Of a stretch of 64,000 bases of DNA, positions 1 through 10,448 are shown piece after piece. Position numbers and translations under genes: made by a program. The stretch is taken from the NCBI GenBank assembly GCA_963754655.1, contig CAVWGN010000001.1, forward strand, positions 2,464,001 to 2,528,000. The letters are read 5' to 3'. This stretch comes from an uncultured Chlamydiae bacterium (GTDB taxonomy: Bacteria > Chlamydiota > Chlamydiia > Chlamydiales > Parachlamydiaceae). Positions within the stretch are counted from its first letter, which is position 1, and each line of letters begins with the position of its first letter. Below the pieces are notes generated by a model, which saw only the letters and a program-made list of their open reading frames with translations, was not told where the DNA came from and did not search any database.

Positions 1-180
1 ATTTCTATATTAGACAGCTAAATTTTGAAATAGAACAGTTTAAAATTAATTAAATTATTTTATTAAATAATTATTTTAATAAATAAAAATAAATAATAGA
101 CTGAAGACATCGCATTAACCCGTCCCGTTCTTAGTCTGAATTGGCTTGCTTGACTCAAGCGAGAATTTGAGGCCTTCGGC

Positions 181-678
181 TCAATTAAAAGGAAAAGCCA
201 AACACAAGGTTAAGGCATTTAATCCTGGATTTTTGTGTGATAAATGAGCATTAGAAAGATGAAAGATTTGAATCCCTATGCGCATTTGATTTTTCATTTC
301 ATAGACAATTTCTAGAGCAGAGCGAAACTCTATAGGATATCCTAAATCTCTTCCATTGCCTTTCCAATAGATTCCAGGGGAAAAACTAGGAGTTAAGATA
401 ATTTGCTTGGTTAAATAAAATTCCCAACCAACACCGATACCCATATATTTTGAATACCGTTTGGAAAAAAGAAAAGTAAGTTGAGGTTTTAAATGCTTCC
501 AAAATTGCGGATATTGATATTCAAGTTGAAAGACGCCATCAGAATAATGAGTTGCATTTGCCCCTCCCACGCCAATCAATAAAAAAGAGGTAGGCCTGTT
601 TTCTTTCGCAAATAAGGCAGCCTTGATGTTCACGATAAGAAATAGCACGATAATAAATAATACAATAAAAATTTTCAT
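181..678 (-). CDS. Acyloxyacyl hydrolase / lipid A deacylase (PagL-like) outer-membrane protein
   Basis: Signal peptide; C-terminal H-x-S-N-A...NPG motif (HLSNAHLSHKNPGLN); aromatic C-terminus. Confidence 0.75.
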   Translation of the reverse strand: MKIFIVLFIIVLFLIVNIKAALFAKENRPTSFLLIGVGGANATHYSDGVFQLEYQYPQFWKHLKPQLTFLFSKRYSKYMGIGVGWEFYLTKQIILTPSFSPGIYWKGNGRDLGYPIEFRSALEIVYEMKNQMRIGIQIFHLSNAHLSHKNPGLNALTLCLAFPFN

Positions 679-762
679 TTGATAGATGTATTTATCTTTT
701 TCAATTTAAAATCTTTAATTGTTGATTTAATATAGTCGAGATACTCAAATTGATAAGATTTT

Positions 763-1620
763 CTAAGAATTGCCCCTTTCATTTATCTCTTGTCTTTCCT
801 GTTGCATAGGTGAAGCTGGACTCTGCGTAGATTTTTTGTAGCTAAACCAAGGCAAAAAAGAGCTTGTACGAGATTGGTAGTCACGATAAGGATCCCCTTT
901 TGTTTGCAAAGCATAAGCCTCTGTCAAAGGTATTCCCGAACCTTTCAAAAGCAAGTATAACATAAGAATAGGGGCCATAATACCCAGCCAGCCAAAGGGA
1001 GAGGAAAAAGTCATGATACCATAACCTAACCAGACAACCCATTCGAAAAAGTAATTCGGATGTCTAGAATATTTCCATAATCCTTGATCCAACACCTCTC
1101 CTGAATGGATGCGATTTTGTTTAAAATATCCCAGTTGATGATCTGCTATTGTCTCTCCTACAATTCCACCCATCCAAATTAAAAGACCAAAAACCTCATA
1201 GGCAGTAAAAAAGGGTTGATTGTTTTGGCACATTAAAACAAAAGGAAGAGATAAAAAAGTCACGAGAAGACCTTGAAAAGCAAAAAGGGTGAAGATTTGA
1301 ACTAAAGGATGCTGAGCGAAAGGCCATTTTTCCAATAAAAGTCGATAACGCGGATCATCACGCTCCGGTAAGAAGCGTTGAGCTAAATGACAAACTAAGC
1401 GCAAAGCCCAAATGGAAACAATGGTTAAAATAAGGATTTTGCGCCAAATCCATCCATCCCCTAGAATAAAATCGACTAAAACAGCTAAAATAAATCCAAT
1501 TCCCCATCCAATATCCACAATACTCACATTGCGACGTATCAAATAAAGCAACCAAAATACAAACATCAAAGTTTCCACGACAACTAGGCTGGTTCCTAGC
1601 ATAACAAAAAATTGAAACAT
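763..1620 (-). CDS. DUF1295 membrane protein (steroid 5-alpha-reductase-like)
   Basis: Multi-TM; VDIGWG, DPRY and GLWKYSRHPNYFFE motifs. Confidence 0.85.
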   Translation of the reverse strand: MFQFFVMLGTSLVVVETLMFVFWLLYLIRRNVSIVDIGWGIGFILAVLVDFILGDGWIWRKILILTIVSIWALRLVCHLAQRFLPERDDPRYRLLLEKWPFAQHPLVQIFTLFAFQGLLVTFLSLPFVLMCQNNQPFFTAYEVFGLLIWMGGIVGETIADHQLGYFKQNRIHSGEVLDQGLWKYSRHPNYFFEWVVWLGYGIMTFSSPFGWLGIMAPILMLYLLLKGSGIPLTEAYALQTKGDPYRDYQSRTSSFLPWFSYKKSTQSPASPMQQERQEINERGNS

Positions 1621-1756
1621 ACTTCTTCCTCATTGATTGATTCACATTTGTAAGGATTTCTGATTAAAAATCCAGAGAATGATTTTCATATCAAAGAAAA
1701 AAAAGATTGATTAAACTAAAATTAGAAAGTTTATTATCATTAATAATGAGTAACTT

Positions 1757-2203
1757 ATGTTCGATTCTTGTTTAAAAAAACAATTTGAAATCAAAGAATT
1801 CTTTTTAGCATGTCCGACTGAAGAAGCGAAATATGAAAAAATCATTGAAATGGGGCGTCAGCAAAATCCGCTTCCCCCTGCTTATAAAATTCCGGAGAAT
1901 TTGGTTAAGGGTTGTCAAAGCCAAATGTATTTACACGCTTACTGGTCGGGAGATAAGATCATTTTTGAATCCGAATCTGATGCCTTAATTTCTGCAGGCT
2001 TAGCCGCTTTATTGGTCCAAGTTTATAGTGGAGAACCACCTGAGGTCGTGCTTAAATGCCCTCCTACTTATTTGGACGAAATAGGAATTAATGCAAGCTT
2101 GACTCCCAATCGAGCTAGTGGCCTTTATAGCATGCATCTGCGCATGAAACAGGAGGCGCTTAAAATGCTTGTGGAACGTGAAAGTAAGCAAAAGAATCAA
2201 TAA
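1757..2203 (+). CDS. sufE: Fe-S metabolism sulfur acceptor SufE
   Basis: V-K-G-C-Q-S motif; SDALIS; SLTPNRASG. Confidence 0.9.
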   Translation: MFDSCLKKQFEIKEFFLACPTEEAKYEKIIEMGRQQNPLPPAYKIPENLVKGCQSQMYLHAYWSGDKIIFESESDALISAGLAALLVQVYSGEPPEVVLKCPPTYLDEIGINASLTPNRASGLYSMHLRMKQEALKMLVERESKQKNQ

Positions 2204-2265
2204 AATAAGATCTATTGATTCTCCATCAGCCTTCTTATATTAAAAACATCACTATTAGATGTCGT

Positions 2266-3666
2266 TTACTTAAAGGTTTCTTCTATCCAACAAGGGGAAA
2301 TTTCCTCTAATTGTTCAGGAATCCAATTCTGCTCCATAGGAAATGGATTCTCTTCGGACAAAAAGGATTCAGCAGGCAAAGATTGGTTAAAATCAGAATT
2401 CGAAAAAAGAACAGTTTGAGGTTGCTCCAATTGTGGAGAGATAAGTTCATCTGATGAAGTAGGCTGATGCTGATCTGATTGTGTAGAAGGCCTAGTTAAA
2501 GGAACCTCACTTTCATCAAGATCCCCCTCTTCCTCCACTACTTGAGGAGAATGCGTTTTTTTAATTTTTTTTAAAGGTCTTTCTTCAATAGAAAAATGTG
2601 TTTCGCTTCTCGGTTGTTTCTTATTAGAATGAGATGTTGGATTCAATATTTGCCAACGGCGTGCACATTGAATATTTGTTCTATTAGAGAAATCCTTTGC
2701 AATGAGGTCCCATTGACCTTCTCCGATGCGTTGAACAGTTTCTCTTAATTGATTATCCTCTTCTTCTGACCAAGCGTTTTGTTTGATAACTGAGCTTAAA
2801 GACTTGTTATAGTTATAGTGTTGCCTACACTGCAGATAAGTTCGACCTGGAATGTGTTTGGCTATTTCCGCCCAATTTTCTCCATACTGATCGATAAGAT
2901 CTTCCAATTGATCATTTTCCCGTGTCGTCCATCTTCCTTGTTTGATCGTTGGGTTTAAAGATAATTTATAGCGTTGCCAACAATGGTTATTCGTTCTACC
3001 TGGCATCTCTTTGGCTATTTCTACCCAATTTTCTCCATGCTGGTCGATCAGCTTTTTCAATCGGTCATCTTCTTCTTCTGTCCATTTTTTTCTTTTTGTT
3101 AGATCAGTTGAAAGACCTTTTTTGTTATTGATAGAAAAATTTAAAGATCTTTGATAGTGTGCCATACATTGAAGATCTGTCCTACCTGTAATCTGTTTGG
3201 CTATCTCAACGCATTTTGCTCCCTGCTTATCGACAAGGCCTTGTAATTGCTCCTCTTGTGTCCATTCTTTCTGTTTGATAGTCGGGCTTAAAGCTCGCCT
3301 ATAGTGTTGCCTACACTGTAGAGCAGTTCTACCTGGAATTTCTTGGGCTATTTTCGTCCATTTTTCTCCTTGCTGATCGATCAGTTTTTTCAATTTCTCA
3401 TTTTCCTCTTCCGACCACTTTCCGTGCTTAATCGTAGGATCCAATACACCTGTCCAATGAACCTCGCATTGCCTATGAGTTTTACCAGGCATATTCTCTG
3501 CAATTTTCTTCCAGTTCTCTCCATATTCTTTGATATAACCCTTCAATTGAGCATCTTCATCATCTGTCCATTTTTTCTTAGACTTTTTCATAGAACCTGT
3601 TTCTGCAACATCAATAAAAGGTGCCATGAATTGTTCAGTATAATTATTTGAAAATTCTATATTCAT
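2266..3666 (-). CDS. Eukaryotic-like protein with six tandem Myb/SANT repeats and an acidic tail
   Basis: Six W-T/S-x-E-E-D/N...G..W..IA...PGRT..QC repeats; start moved to the ATG at 3666 (MNIEF) because the upstream extension is AT-rich. Confidence 0.9.
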   Translation of the reverse strand: MNIEFSNNYTEQFMAPFIDVAETGSMKKSKKKWTDDEDAQLKGYIKEYGENWKKIAENMPGKTHRQCEVHWTGVLDPTIKHGKWSEEENEKLKKLIDQQGEKWTKIAQEIPGRTALQCRQHYRRALSPTIKQKEWTQEEQLQGLVDKQGAKCVEIAKQITGRTDLQCMAHYQRSLNFSINNKKGLSTDLTKRKKWTEEEDDRLKKLIDQHGENWVEIAKEMPGRTNNHCWQRYKLSLNPTIKQGRWTTRENDQLEDLIDQYGENWAEIAKHIPGRTYLQCRQHYNYNKSLSSVIKQNAWSEEEDNQLRETVQRIGEGQWDLIAKDFSNRTNIQCARRWQILNPTSHSNKKQPRSETHFSIEERPLKKIKKTHSPQVVEEEGDLDESEVPLTRPSTQSDQHQPTSSDELISPQLEQPQTVLFSNSDFNQSLPAESFLSEENPFPMEQNWIPEQLEEISPCWIEETFK

Positions 3667-3850
3667 AAAAAAAATCCATTTAAAATTTAATAAGTAATTT
3701 ATAAAACAAATAAAATAAACCATAATTAGTTTTAATACCACTAAAAAATTATATTAGCAATTAATTATTTTTTTTGACAAAATCCATTTGTTTCGATTAA
3801 CTCGCTTTTAGCATAGGAAGTATTTTGAACCTTTAAAATAGGGAGATAGG

Positions 3851-4378
3851 ATGACTGTTAAGACACAAGAAAATAAGAAGAATTTGGAAGATTATAAAAA
3901 AGAATTTAACCCTGCATTTATGCGTAGAGCGATTGAGCTTAGCAGACAGGGATCGATCGTAGAGAAATCTGGCGGTGTATTTGGAGCTGTCATCGTAAAG
4001 GATGGTAAGATCATTGCAGAAGGTTATAACCAAGTGAAGAAGCACAACGATCCGACTTGGCATGCAGAAATGCAAGCGATTAGAGAAGCATGTAAAAAAT
4101 TAGGATCGCCTCATCTTGAAGGATGCGTCCTTTACACGAGCGCTGAATGTTGTCCAATGTGCTTAGCAACAGCTTATTGGGCACACCTTGATCACATTTA
4201 CTATGGCGCAACCACCGCTGATGCATTGAAGTATGGGGAGTTTGCTGATATTGATATTCTTGATGAGATACGCAAAGATCCAAAAGATAGAAGAGTGAAG
4301 TGGTCCCAACAGATGCATACAGAAGCTGTCGAAGTATGGAAAGAATTTGCCAAAATGCCTGATCGTGCGCGCTACTAA
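3851..4378 (+). CDS. Nucleoside/guanine deaminase (cytidine-deaminase fold)
   Basis: HAE and CCPMC zinc motifs; FGAVIVKDG; GGAG RBS. Confidence 0.85.
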   Translation: MTVKTQENKKNLEDYKKEFNPAFMRRAIELSRQGSIVEKSGGVFGAVIVKDGKIIAEGYNQVKKHNDPTWHAEMQAIREACKKLGSPHLEGCVLYTSAECCPMCLATAYWAHLDHIYYGATTADALKYGEFADIDILDEIRKDPKDRRVKWSQQMHTEAVEVWKEFAKMPDRARY

Positions 4379-5343
4379 TGCCTTTTAGGGACTCTATGGA
4401 TAGAGCAGAAAATGCTACCCTATTGACTAACAAGCTATTCATTAAACCTGAGTGCATCGTCGATTTTGCAGATTGGCAAGCTCAACTCAACGCTGCGATT
4501 GCTGCCTCTCCCGGTTTTGTCAGTTTGGAAATCTTGTCTCCTATTTACCCCTTGCAACCAGGATGGTTGCTTATCCAAAGATTTTATACTCATGAAAATA
4601 TGCTTGATTGGCATCATTCTGACACTCGCAAAAAACTTTTGGAAGAGCTCAATCCATATTTAGCAGGCTCTTATCAAGAGAGTGTGCAAGAGGCATTTTC
4701 AAGTAGTGGCGATATGCAAGGCGGAGTGACGGAAGTCTTTGTCACACAAATTACTCCTGAAAAAGAAAAGATTTATCGCGAATGGACAGCCAAAATTCAT
4801 CAAGCTGAAGCTAAATTTCCTGGGTTTAAACGTGTCTACATGCAATCCCCTCAAAAGGGTGGATTAAATTGGATGACTCTCTTGCAATTTGATACGCCTG
4901 AGAACTTGGATCGCTGGTTGCATTCATCAGAAAGACAAAAAGTATTGGATGAAGCAAAACCTTTGATTCTCTCACTTGAAAGCCATCGCATGATTTCGCC
5001 CTATGCTGGATGGTTTGCTCCTCTTGCTCAGCAAGCCGGAGAAGCACCGCCCGTCTGGAAGCAGACGATGATTGTATTGCTAGTCTTGTTTCCAATCGTG
5101 GCGTTGGAACTCAAATACCTTTCGCTATTGACAACAGGGTTGAATGTTTCTTTAGCCACATTTATTGGCAATGCCTTGAGTGTGACACTCATTGCGTGGC
5201 CGATGATGCCGATGACTCTCTTTTTTTTAGGTTGGTGGCTTATGCCTAAATCTGAAAAAAGGCGACAAGCCACGCTTGTCGGTACGCTGCTCATGATGAT
5301 TTTGTATCTGATCGAAATTGCGATCTTTTGGAATTTTCTCTAA
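4378..5343 (+). CDS. Tandem ABM (antibiotic biosynthesis monooxygenase)-domain membrane protein
   Basis: Two PGF-containing ABM-like domains; PPVWKQ motif; 3 C-terminal TM helices; TAATG overlap with the deaminase. Confidence 0.7.
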   Translation: MPFRDSMDRAENATLLTNKLFIKPECIVDFADWQAQLNAAIAASPGFVSLEILSPIYPLQPGWLLIQRFYTHENMLDWHHSDTRKKLLEELNPYLAGSYQESVQEAFSSSGDMQGGVTEVFVTQITPEKEKIYREWTAKIHQAEAKFPGFKRVYMQSPQKGGLNWMTLLQFDTPENLDRWLHSSERQKVLDEAKPLILSLESHRMISPYAGWFAPLAQQAGEAPPVWKQTMIVLLVLFPIVALELKYLSLLTTGLNVSLATFIGNALSVTLIAWPMMPMTLFFLGWWLMPKSEKRRQATLVGTLLMMILYLIEIAIFWNFL

Positions 5344-5457
5344 AATTTTAGAGAATTAAACTCGCCATTGCTCAAGATTAGGAAAATAGATATATGCAGA
5401 GGTATTATTATTATCACTTCTTTCCCAAGCAAGACAAAGCCATATAAATCATTTAGT

Positions 5458-7299
5458 TTAAGAAGCAACCGGGAGCGTTTTATCTTGCCGAATATCAAAT
5501 TCCAGCTTCCACTTACGTCCATCGGAAGCCACGCACCACAGTTCTAATACTCCCAATTCGGTTACCTTAGACTTCAATTTGACCCGCACGGTTTTGCCAT
5601 CGCCGTCGCCTTTATCTAAAAGCGTCTCGATGGGATGCAGCTCGGTGAGCTCTTGTTTCCAATTGCGGACCATCGCCCCTACACTTGGCTCCTGGCCATT
5701 TGATAATTTTGGCGTGGCATGACTGAAAAATCGGAAAGTGGATTGCTCGCCCAAGACAAGGGCAAACTCTTGATTGTCCAATTCGCGCTCTTCCCCTTCT
5801 TCTAATCCAAAGGGAACAATGCAAACAGCTCGTAAAGGAGGGCTGATTCCAGGCACTGCAGGAGCCGCTTCTTCAACGCCGACAAAATAGCTGCGGCTTG
5901 TTCCGCTGCGAATACGCACAGCATGTCCTTGACGAGCTAAACCATAATAAGCGGCTCCCCGGCTGACCGCATAGTCGTAATCAGCACCCGCTAATTCTTT
6001 CACAACCGGCTTTTTAAGCTTTTTGGCCCAGCCATTGAGAAGCGTCATCAGTTGTTTACGAATGGCGGCAGCTTTGAGGGTGCCTCCATTGAACAACACA
6101 GCGGTAGGCAACACAAATTGATCCATTCGGCCGTCATCTGACTCTCCTGTCATAGACAAGAATTTTGCCAATTGGCAAGAAATGCGCGCATCTTGGACAT
6201 AAGGTAAACCAATTTGTTGAATCCCCACACGCCGCTCTGTTGGTGAGCGCTCGTCAGGAGCCACCAGTGGAATGAAGCCATCGATGACAAAACGTCGTAC
6301 TTCTTCTTGTGTCAACTCTGCCTTAAGAGTATTGCCAATCAGACGACTTCCACGGCCCAATACAGTCACATCGACGCTTTTAGGAGACTCTTCTCCCATC
6401 AATTTCTCCTTCGCTTGCCGACATTGATGCACAAGCACTTGGAGCTGCCAATGATCTAAATTGTGTCCTTGATCTTCAAGCTTTTGTTTAACTAGGTAAG
6501 CAAGCCCTAAATCAATATTATCTCCTCCTAAAAGCAAATGGGCGCCTACTGCTTGACGCTTGAGTTGCAAATTCCCCTCTTCTTCTTCCACAGCAATCAG
6601 ACTAAAGTCGGTTGTTCCTCCCCCAATATCGATGACCAAAATGGAGTCGCCCACTTTCAACTGCTCGCGCCATTCATCGGCATGCGCATGTAACCAAGCA
6701 TAAAAGGCTGCTTGGGGCTCTTCTAAGAGCACGACTTCGGGATAGCCTGCTTGTTCTGCCGCTTCTTGTACGAGCTGCCGAGCGCTGGGATCGAAAGAGG
6801 CTGGCACAGTCACTAGCACCTTTTGACTTCCAAAAGGCGCATCGGGCATGGCGGCATCCCAAGCTTCGCGCAAATGACGCAAAATTTCGGCGCAAGCCTC
6901 CAAAGGACTCATTCGATTACCCCCTTCGTCGGTCTCTAAAGGTAAAAGTTTTTCGCGTCGATTAATTCCTGGATGACAAAGCCAAGACTTCGTAGAAGCG
7001 ATGAGATGAGTGGGAAGCTCAGCGCCACGATCTCTTGCATAGGTTCCAATGGCAAATGGGCGCTCTTGATTCCAGGGAAGCTCCGCAACTTTATTTTTAA
7101 GTTCTTCAGGCAAAGGATAATAGATAAAAGATGGCAATGAAAAAGAAGTCCCTAACATTTGCGCAGCCATAGTTTGAGCAATGGCAACTTGCTCCAAAGA
7201 AGGGCGTTGCTTATCTTCTACTTGCATGGGCGTATAAGCCATCGTGCAATTGGTGGTTCCCAAATCGATGCCTATAATATAAGAAGCGCTACTCATCAT
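5458..7299 (-). CDS. Hsp70-family (DnaK-related) ATPase
   Basis: GIDLGTTN, TVPASF, EPQAA, DIGGGTTD and LFNGG motifs; non-canonical C-terminus. Confidence 0.9.
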   Translation of the reverse strand: MMSSASYIIGIDLGTTNCTMAYTPMQVEDKQRPSLEQVAIAQTMAAQMLGTSFSLPSFIYYPLPEELKNKVAELPWNQERPFAIGTYARDRGAELPTHLIASTKSWLCHPGINRREKLLPLETDEGGNRMSPLEACAEILRHLREAWDAAMPDAPFGSQKVLVTVPASFDPSARQLVQEAAEQAGYPEVVLLEEPQAAFYAWLHAHADEWREQLKVGDSILVIDIGGGTTDFSLIAVEEEEGNLQLKRQAVGAHLLLGGDNIDLGLAYLVKQKLEDQGHNLDHWQLQVLVHQCRQAKEKLMGEESPKSVDVTVLGRGSRLIGNTLKAELTQEEVRRFVIDGFIPLVAPDERSPTERRVGIQQIGLPYVQDARISCQLAKFLSMTGESDDGRMDQFVLPTAVLFNGGTLKAAAIRKQLMTLLNGWAKKLKKPVVKELAGADYDYAVSRGAAYYGLARQGHAVRIRSGTSRSYFVGVEEAAPAVPGISPPLRAVCIVPFGLEEGEERELDNQEFALVLGEQSTFRFFSHATPKLSNGQEPSVGAMVRNWKQELTELHPIETLLDKGDGDGKTVRVKLKSKVTELGVLELWCVASDGRKWKLEFDIRQDKTLPVAS

Positions 7300-7304
7300 A
7301 TCCT

Positions 7305-7796
7305 CTAAGATTTAATTTCTACTTCTGCCGGACAGATGACGTCCGGTGTTTGCTCACCTGTTTTTTTAGGTAGCGAGCGCTTTTGAGCCCTCCATCCGCG
7401 ATGAACTAATGTTCCCGTGAAGGGAGGTTCGCCCTTGATTTTTCCCACCACTTTAATTTCAGCTGGATTATAACCTTTAGGAACTTGAACAGTCGATCCC
7501 TCTTGTTCGTCTCTCAAAGGGCGAATAGTCACAAGCTCTTCAATGGCTTGAGCACAATCTTGATGAATTTTCCGCACAGCAGCGCCCACTTGTGCATCAC
7601 TAAAGGCGCTAATCTCTTCTTTTAAAAAATCAATTAGACGACTTGATTGTTGAAGATAATGTAGCAAACGCAGATGCGATTGATCTACCCCTTCTATCTG
7701 TTTAGATGTGAATGCCTTTTCTTCCACAAATTGCTGCGCTTTTTCAGGCTCTTTAAAAGCCTTGATAAAAGCCTTAAATGCTAATCCTAATCCCAT
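7305..7796 (-). CDS. DUF2760-like protein
   Basis: LQQSSRLIDFL, DAQVGAAVR, LVHRGW and PAEVEI motifs; adjacent to the Hsp70-related gene. Confidence 0.8.
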   Translation of the reverse strand: MGLGLAFKAFIKAFKEPEKAQQFVEEKAFTSKQIEGVDQSHLRLLHYLQQSSRLIDFLKEEISAFSDAQVGAAVRKIHQDCAQAIEELVTIRPLRDEQEGSTVQVPKGYNPAEIKVVGKIKGEPPFTGTLVHRGWRAQKRSLPKKTGEQTPDVICPAEVEIKS

Positions 7797-7823
7797 GTTG
7801 TCATCCTTTATTCGCTAAAAATT

Positions 7824-9119
7824 TTAGAAGACTCCTTCTCCTCGCTCCTTAATAAACAACTGGCAAGCTTCGAAGATGGAGCACGTGTATCCTGTATGAA
7901 TTAAAGTTTCTAAGATAAGGGCAGAGACAAAAAAAGCAAGTACAACAATGAGTAAAGGTTTGCCTCCAGGAGTGCGATAATCATCGGGAAACTTAAGAAT
8001 ATAACGTCCCACCCATACCATTAATACAGGCATAATTCCATTTAAAATAGAATCTCCAAATCCTCCGGAGGTATCCAAAGCCAAAAGAAAGATACGCTCA
8101 AAATAAGCTGCAAAGATAAAAGTTGGAACAATAATGAGTAAACTGAGAAATATCTTTCCTTTGCCTTTGTTTGGAATTTTCAGTCCATCGGATAGGAAAT
8201 CAAAAAGCCCCAACGCCATTCCCAAAAAGGAGGTGACTAAAGCAAAGAAAGCAAAATATTCTGCAATCACGGAGACCCAGGGACTTTGAACATGTTCGCG
8301 CAAAAATTGAGTAATAGGCTCTCCCACTTCAAGCGCTTTGATTAAGCTATTGGGTCCTGAAACAGGAATAATTCCCAACACCAGCCATTGCCAAATCAAG
8401 TAAACGATAAATGTCAGGGTCGTTCCTCCAATGATTGCCCAACGCAAAGCCCACGCATTGCGTTTCAAATAAGGAGTTAAACTTGGCAGCATGGTTTGAA
8501 AACTGAAAGTTGTCAAAAGCAAAGGAACAGCTAGAAAAGAGGTTGGCCAATGCATATGCTCTAAAAATTCCCTTTTCACTTCGGAAATGCCTGTTGCAAC
8601 AAGAGCAAAATAGGCGACAATCATCGCAACAAAAAGAATGGTATTAACACGCCCTACAATGCGATTTCCGAGGTAAATAATTCCCCCAAAAAAAACAATA
8701 AATAATAAACATCCCCACTCTTTAGAAAGATGCAAATGAAAAAGGTTGTCGGCACCATTGATAACCAAGGACCCACCGGCAGCTGTATAAGCCACAATCG
8801 AGGCATAAGAAATGAAAAGATAGACACACCAACTGACAAATTTTCCTACAGGCCCTAAAATAGTCGAGGCCATGGTAATGACATGTGCTCCTTCTTTCAT
8901 CCAAAGATTCACTTCTAACAATAAAAGAGCTGAGGCTGTCATTGCAAGCCAGCAAAGAGTCATGATAAGAGTAGAAGGAATAAAACCACTAATTCCCGTT
9001 GCCACAGGCAGGGCCAGCATCCCCCCTCCAATACAAGTTCCAGCAATTAAAAAAACGGCAGAAATGAATCTTCCCCGTTGGACAGAATGTGCACTCTCTC
9101 CCACCTTTACTCCTTGCAT
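7824..9119 (-). CDS. tyrP: Aromatic amino acid permease (TyrP/Mtr family)
   Basis: AGTCIGGGMLALP signature; TSFLG; about 11 TM helices. Confidence 0.85.
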   Translation of the reverse strand: MQGVKVGESAHSVQRGRFISAVFLIAGTCIGGGMLALPVATGISGFIPSTLIMTLCWLAMTASALLLLEVNLWMKEGAHVITMASTILGPVGKFVSWCVYLFISYASIVAYTAAGGSLVINGADNLFHLHLSKEWGCLLFIVFFGGIIYLGNRIVGRVNTILFVAMIVAYFALVATGISEVKREFLEHMHWPTSFLAVPLLLTTFSFQTMLPSLTPYLKRNAWALRWAIIGGTTLTFIVYLIWQWLVLGIIPVSGPNSLIKALEVGEPITQFLREHVQSPWVSVIAEYFAFFALVTSFLGMALGLFDFLSDGLKIPNKGKGKIFLSLLIIVPTFIFAAYFERIFLLALDTSGGFGDSILNGIMPVLMVWVGRYILKFPDDYRTPGGKPLLIVVLAFFVSALILETLIHTGYTCSIFEACQLFIKERGEGVF

Positions 9120-9317
9120 TAAGACTTTTACTTTGGTATCACTCTAAAAAACGTATAATTATAAACTTCCAAAGCTTATGAGAAAAGATGAATTTTGATA
9201 AAAAAAATTTTTAATCTAAATTGCACTGAAATAGCTATCTCTCCTATAATCAAGGCAGCATTAAAAAATTCACACTGGATATCAAAGAGATTAATTTTTA
9301 TTTTGATAGAAAGAGCT

Positions 9318-9491
9318 TTAAGGTTTTAAAGGAGTATCGACATAAGGAGTATTTTGATAAGATACTTGCCGCATTTGATTAAAAAGAGAAGGAGCAAAAA
9401 AGTAAATGCCTAGAAAAATGGCGAGAATAACAAGCCAAAAGGTAATGACTGTAGAGCGACGAATTCGAAATTGCAACCAATCATTGGGCAT
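9318..9491 (-). CDS. Small single-TM protein (57 aa), below the ORF-track cutoff
   Basis: Hand translation MPNDWLQFRIRRSTVITFWLVILAIFLGIYFFAPSLFNQMRQVSYQNTPYVDTPLKP*; AAGGAG RBS 6 nt upstream. Confidence 0.6.
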   Translation of the reverse strand: MPNDWLQFRIRRSTVITFWLVILAIFLGIYFFAPSLFNQMRQVSYQNTPYVDTPLKP

Positions 9492-9675
9492 GATCGTCTC
9501 CTTGTTAATGATTCAAAATCTATGATACATAGTTGATTTTTGTTCTCAATAAAAAACCGATCTCTTTGTCAGAGGTGATTTTGCTTTAAACAAGTTTGAT
9601 TTAATCTTTATTTAAGATAGATGATAAAAGAATAAGATAGGAATAATTTTAAAATTTAACCGAAGGTAATAGACG

Positions 9676-10374
9676 ATGTTGACTCAATTAACGTACTTAT
9701 TGTGTTTTTTTCTTTTCATAGTTGGTGATTCTATTCCTTTACAAGCAACTCAAAAAAATCAAATCAAAGTCTTTGTATTTGATTTTGGAAGTGTCATTGC
9801 TAAAACAGATCGTCAAGAAGTCGCCCATTTTATTGCGCAATCGTTGAATATAACAGATAGCAAAGCTTTAGACGCTCTCAAGCAACTTAAAGAGGACATT
9901 CTTCAAGGCAAAAAAGAACAAGATTTTTGGCAAGATTACGCTAAAGCACAAGGAATCCAATTACCTGAGAACTGGATAGAAAAACTGGATGAAGCGCGAT
10001 TACAAGCCTTGCAGGAAATTCCAGGTATGGTTGCGCTTGTCAAGGATTTGCAACGACAAGGCTATCAAACAGCTCTGTTATCAAATGTCAGAAGATCCCA
10101 GGCTGATATCAAGCGCAAGTTAGGATACTATGATTTATTTAGCCCCCTTCTTTTATCATATGAAATTGGAGTGAGAAAACCCGATCCTAAAGCTTATGAA
10201 ATTTTACTAAACAAGTTAAAAGTTCCGGCACAATCCGTTGTATTTATTGATAACCAGCCACAGAATGTTGAAACAGCGAGATCTTTCGGTCTTGATGGCA
10301 TTCTATTTGTGAGCAGGGATCAATTAGTTCAGGAATTAAAGAAAAGGGGCATTGAAATTTCTGAAAGATATTAA
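9676..10374 (+). CDS. HAD-family phosphatase with N-terminal hydrophobic leader
   Basis: FDFGSV, LLSN, KPDP and FIDN motifs. Confidence 0.85.
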   Translation: MLTQLTYLLCFFLFIVGDSIPLQATQKNQIKVFVFDFGSVIAKTDRQEVAHFIAQSLNITDSKALDALKQLKEDILQGKKEQDFWQDYAKAQGIQLPENWIEKLDEARLQALQEIPGMVALVKDLQRQGYQTALLSNVRRSQADIKRKLGYYDLFSPLLLSYEIGVRKPDPKAYEILLNKLKVPAQSVVFIDNQPQNVETARSFGLDGILFVSRDQLVQELKKRGIEISERY

Positions 10375-10448
10375 TAGTAGGACAAGAAAAGAAGGATTAG
10401 CATTTTCCGATCGAAAATTTGAAAGTTAAATATTTCAATTATATGCTT

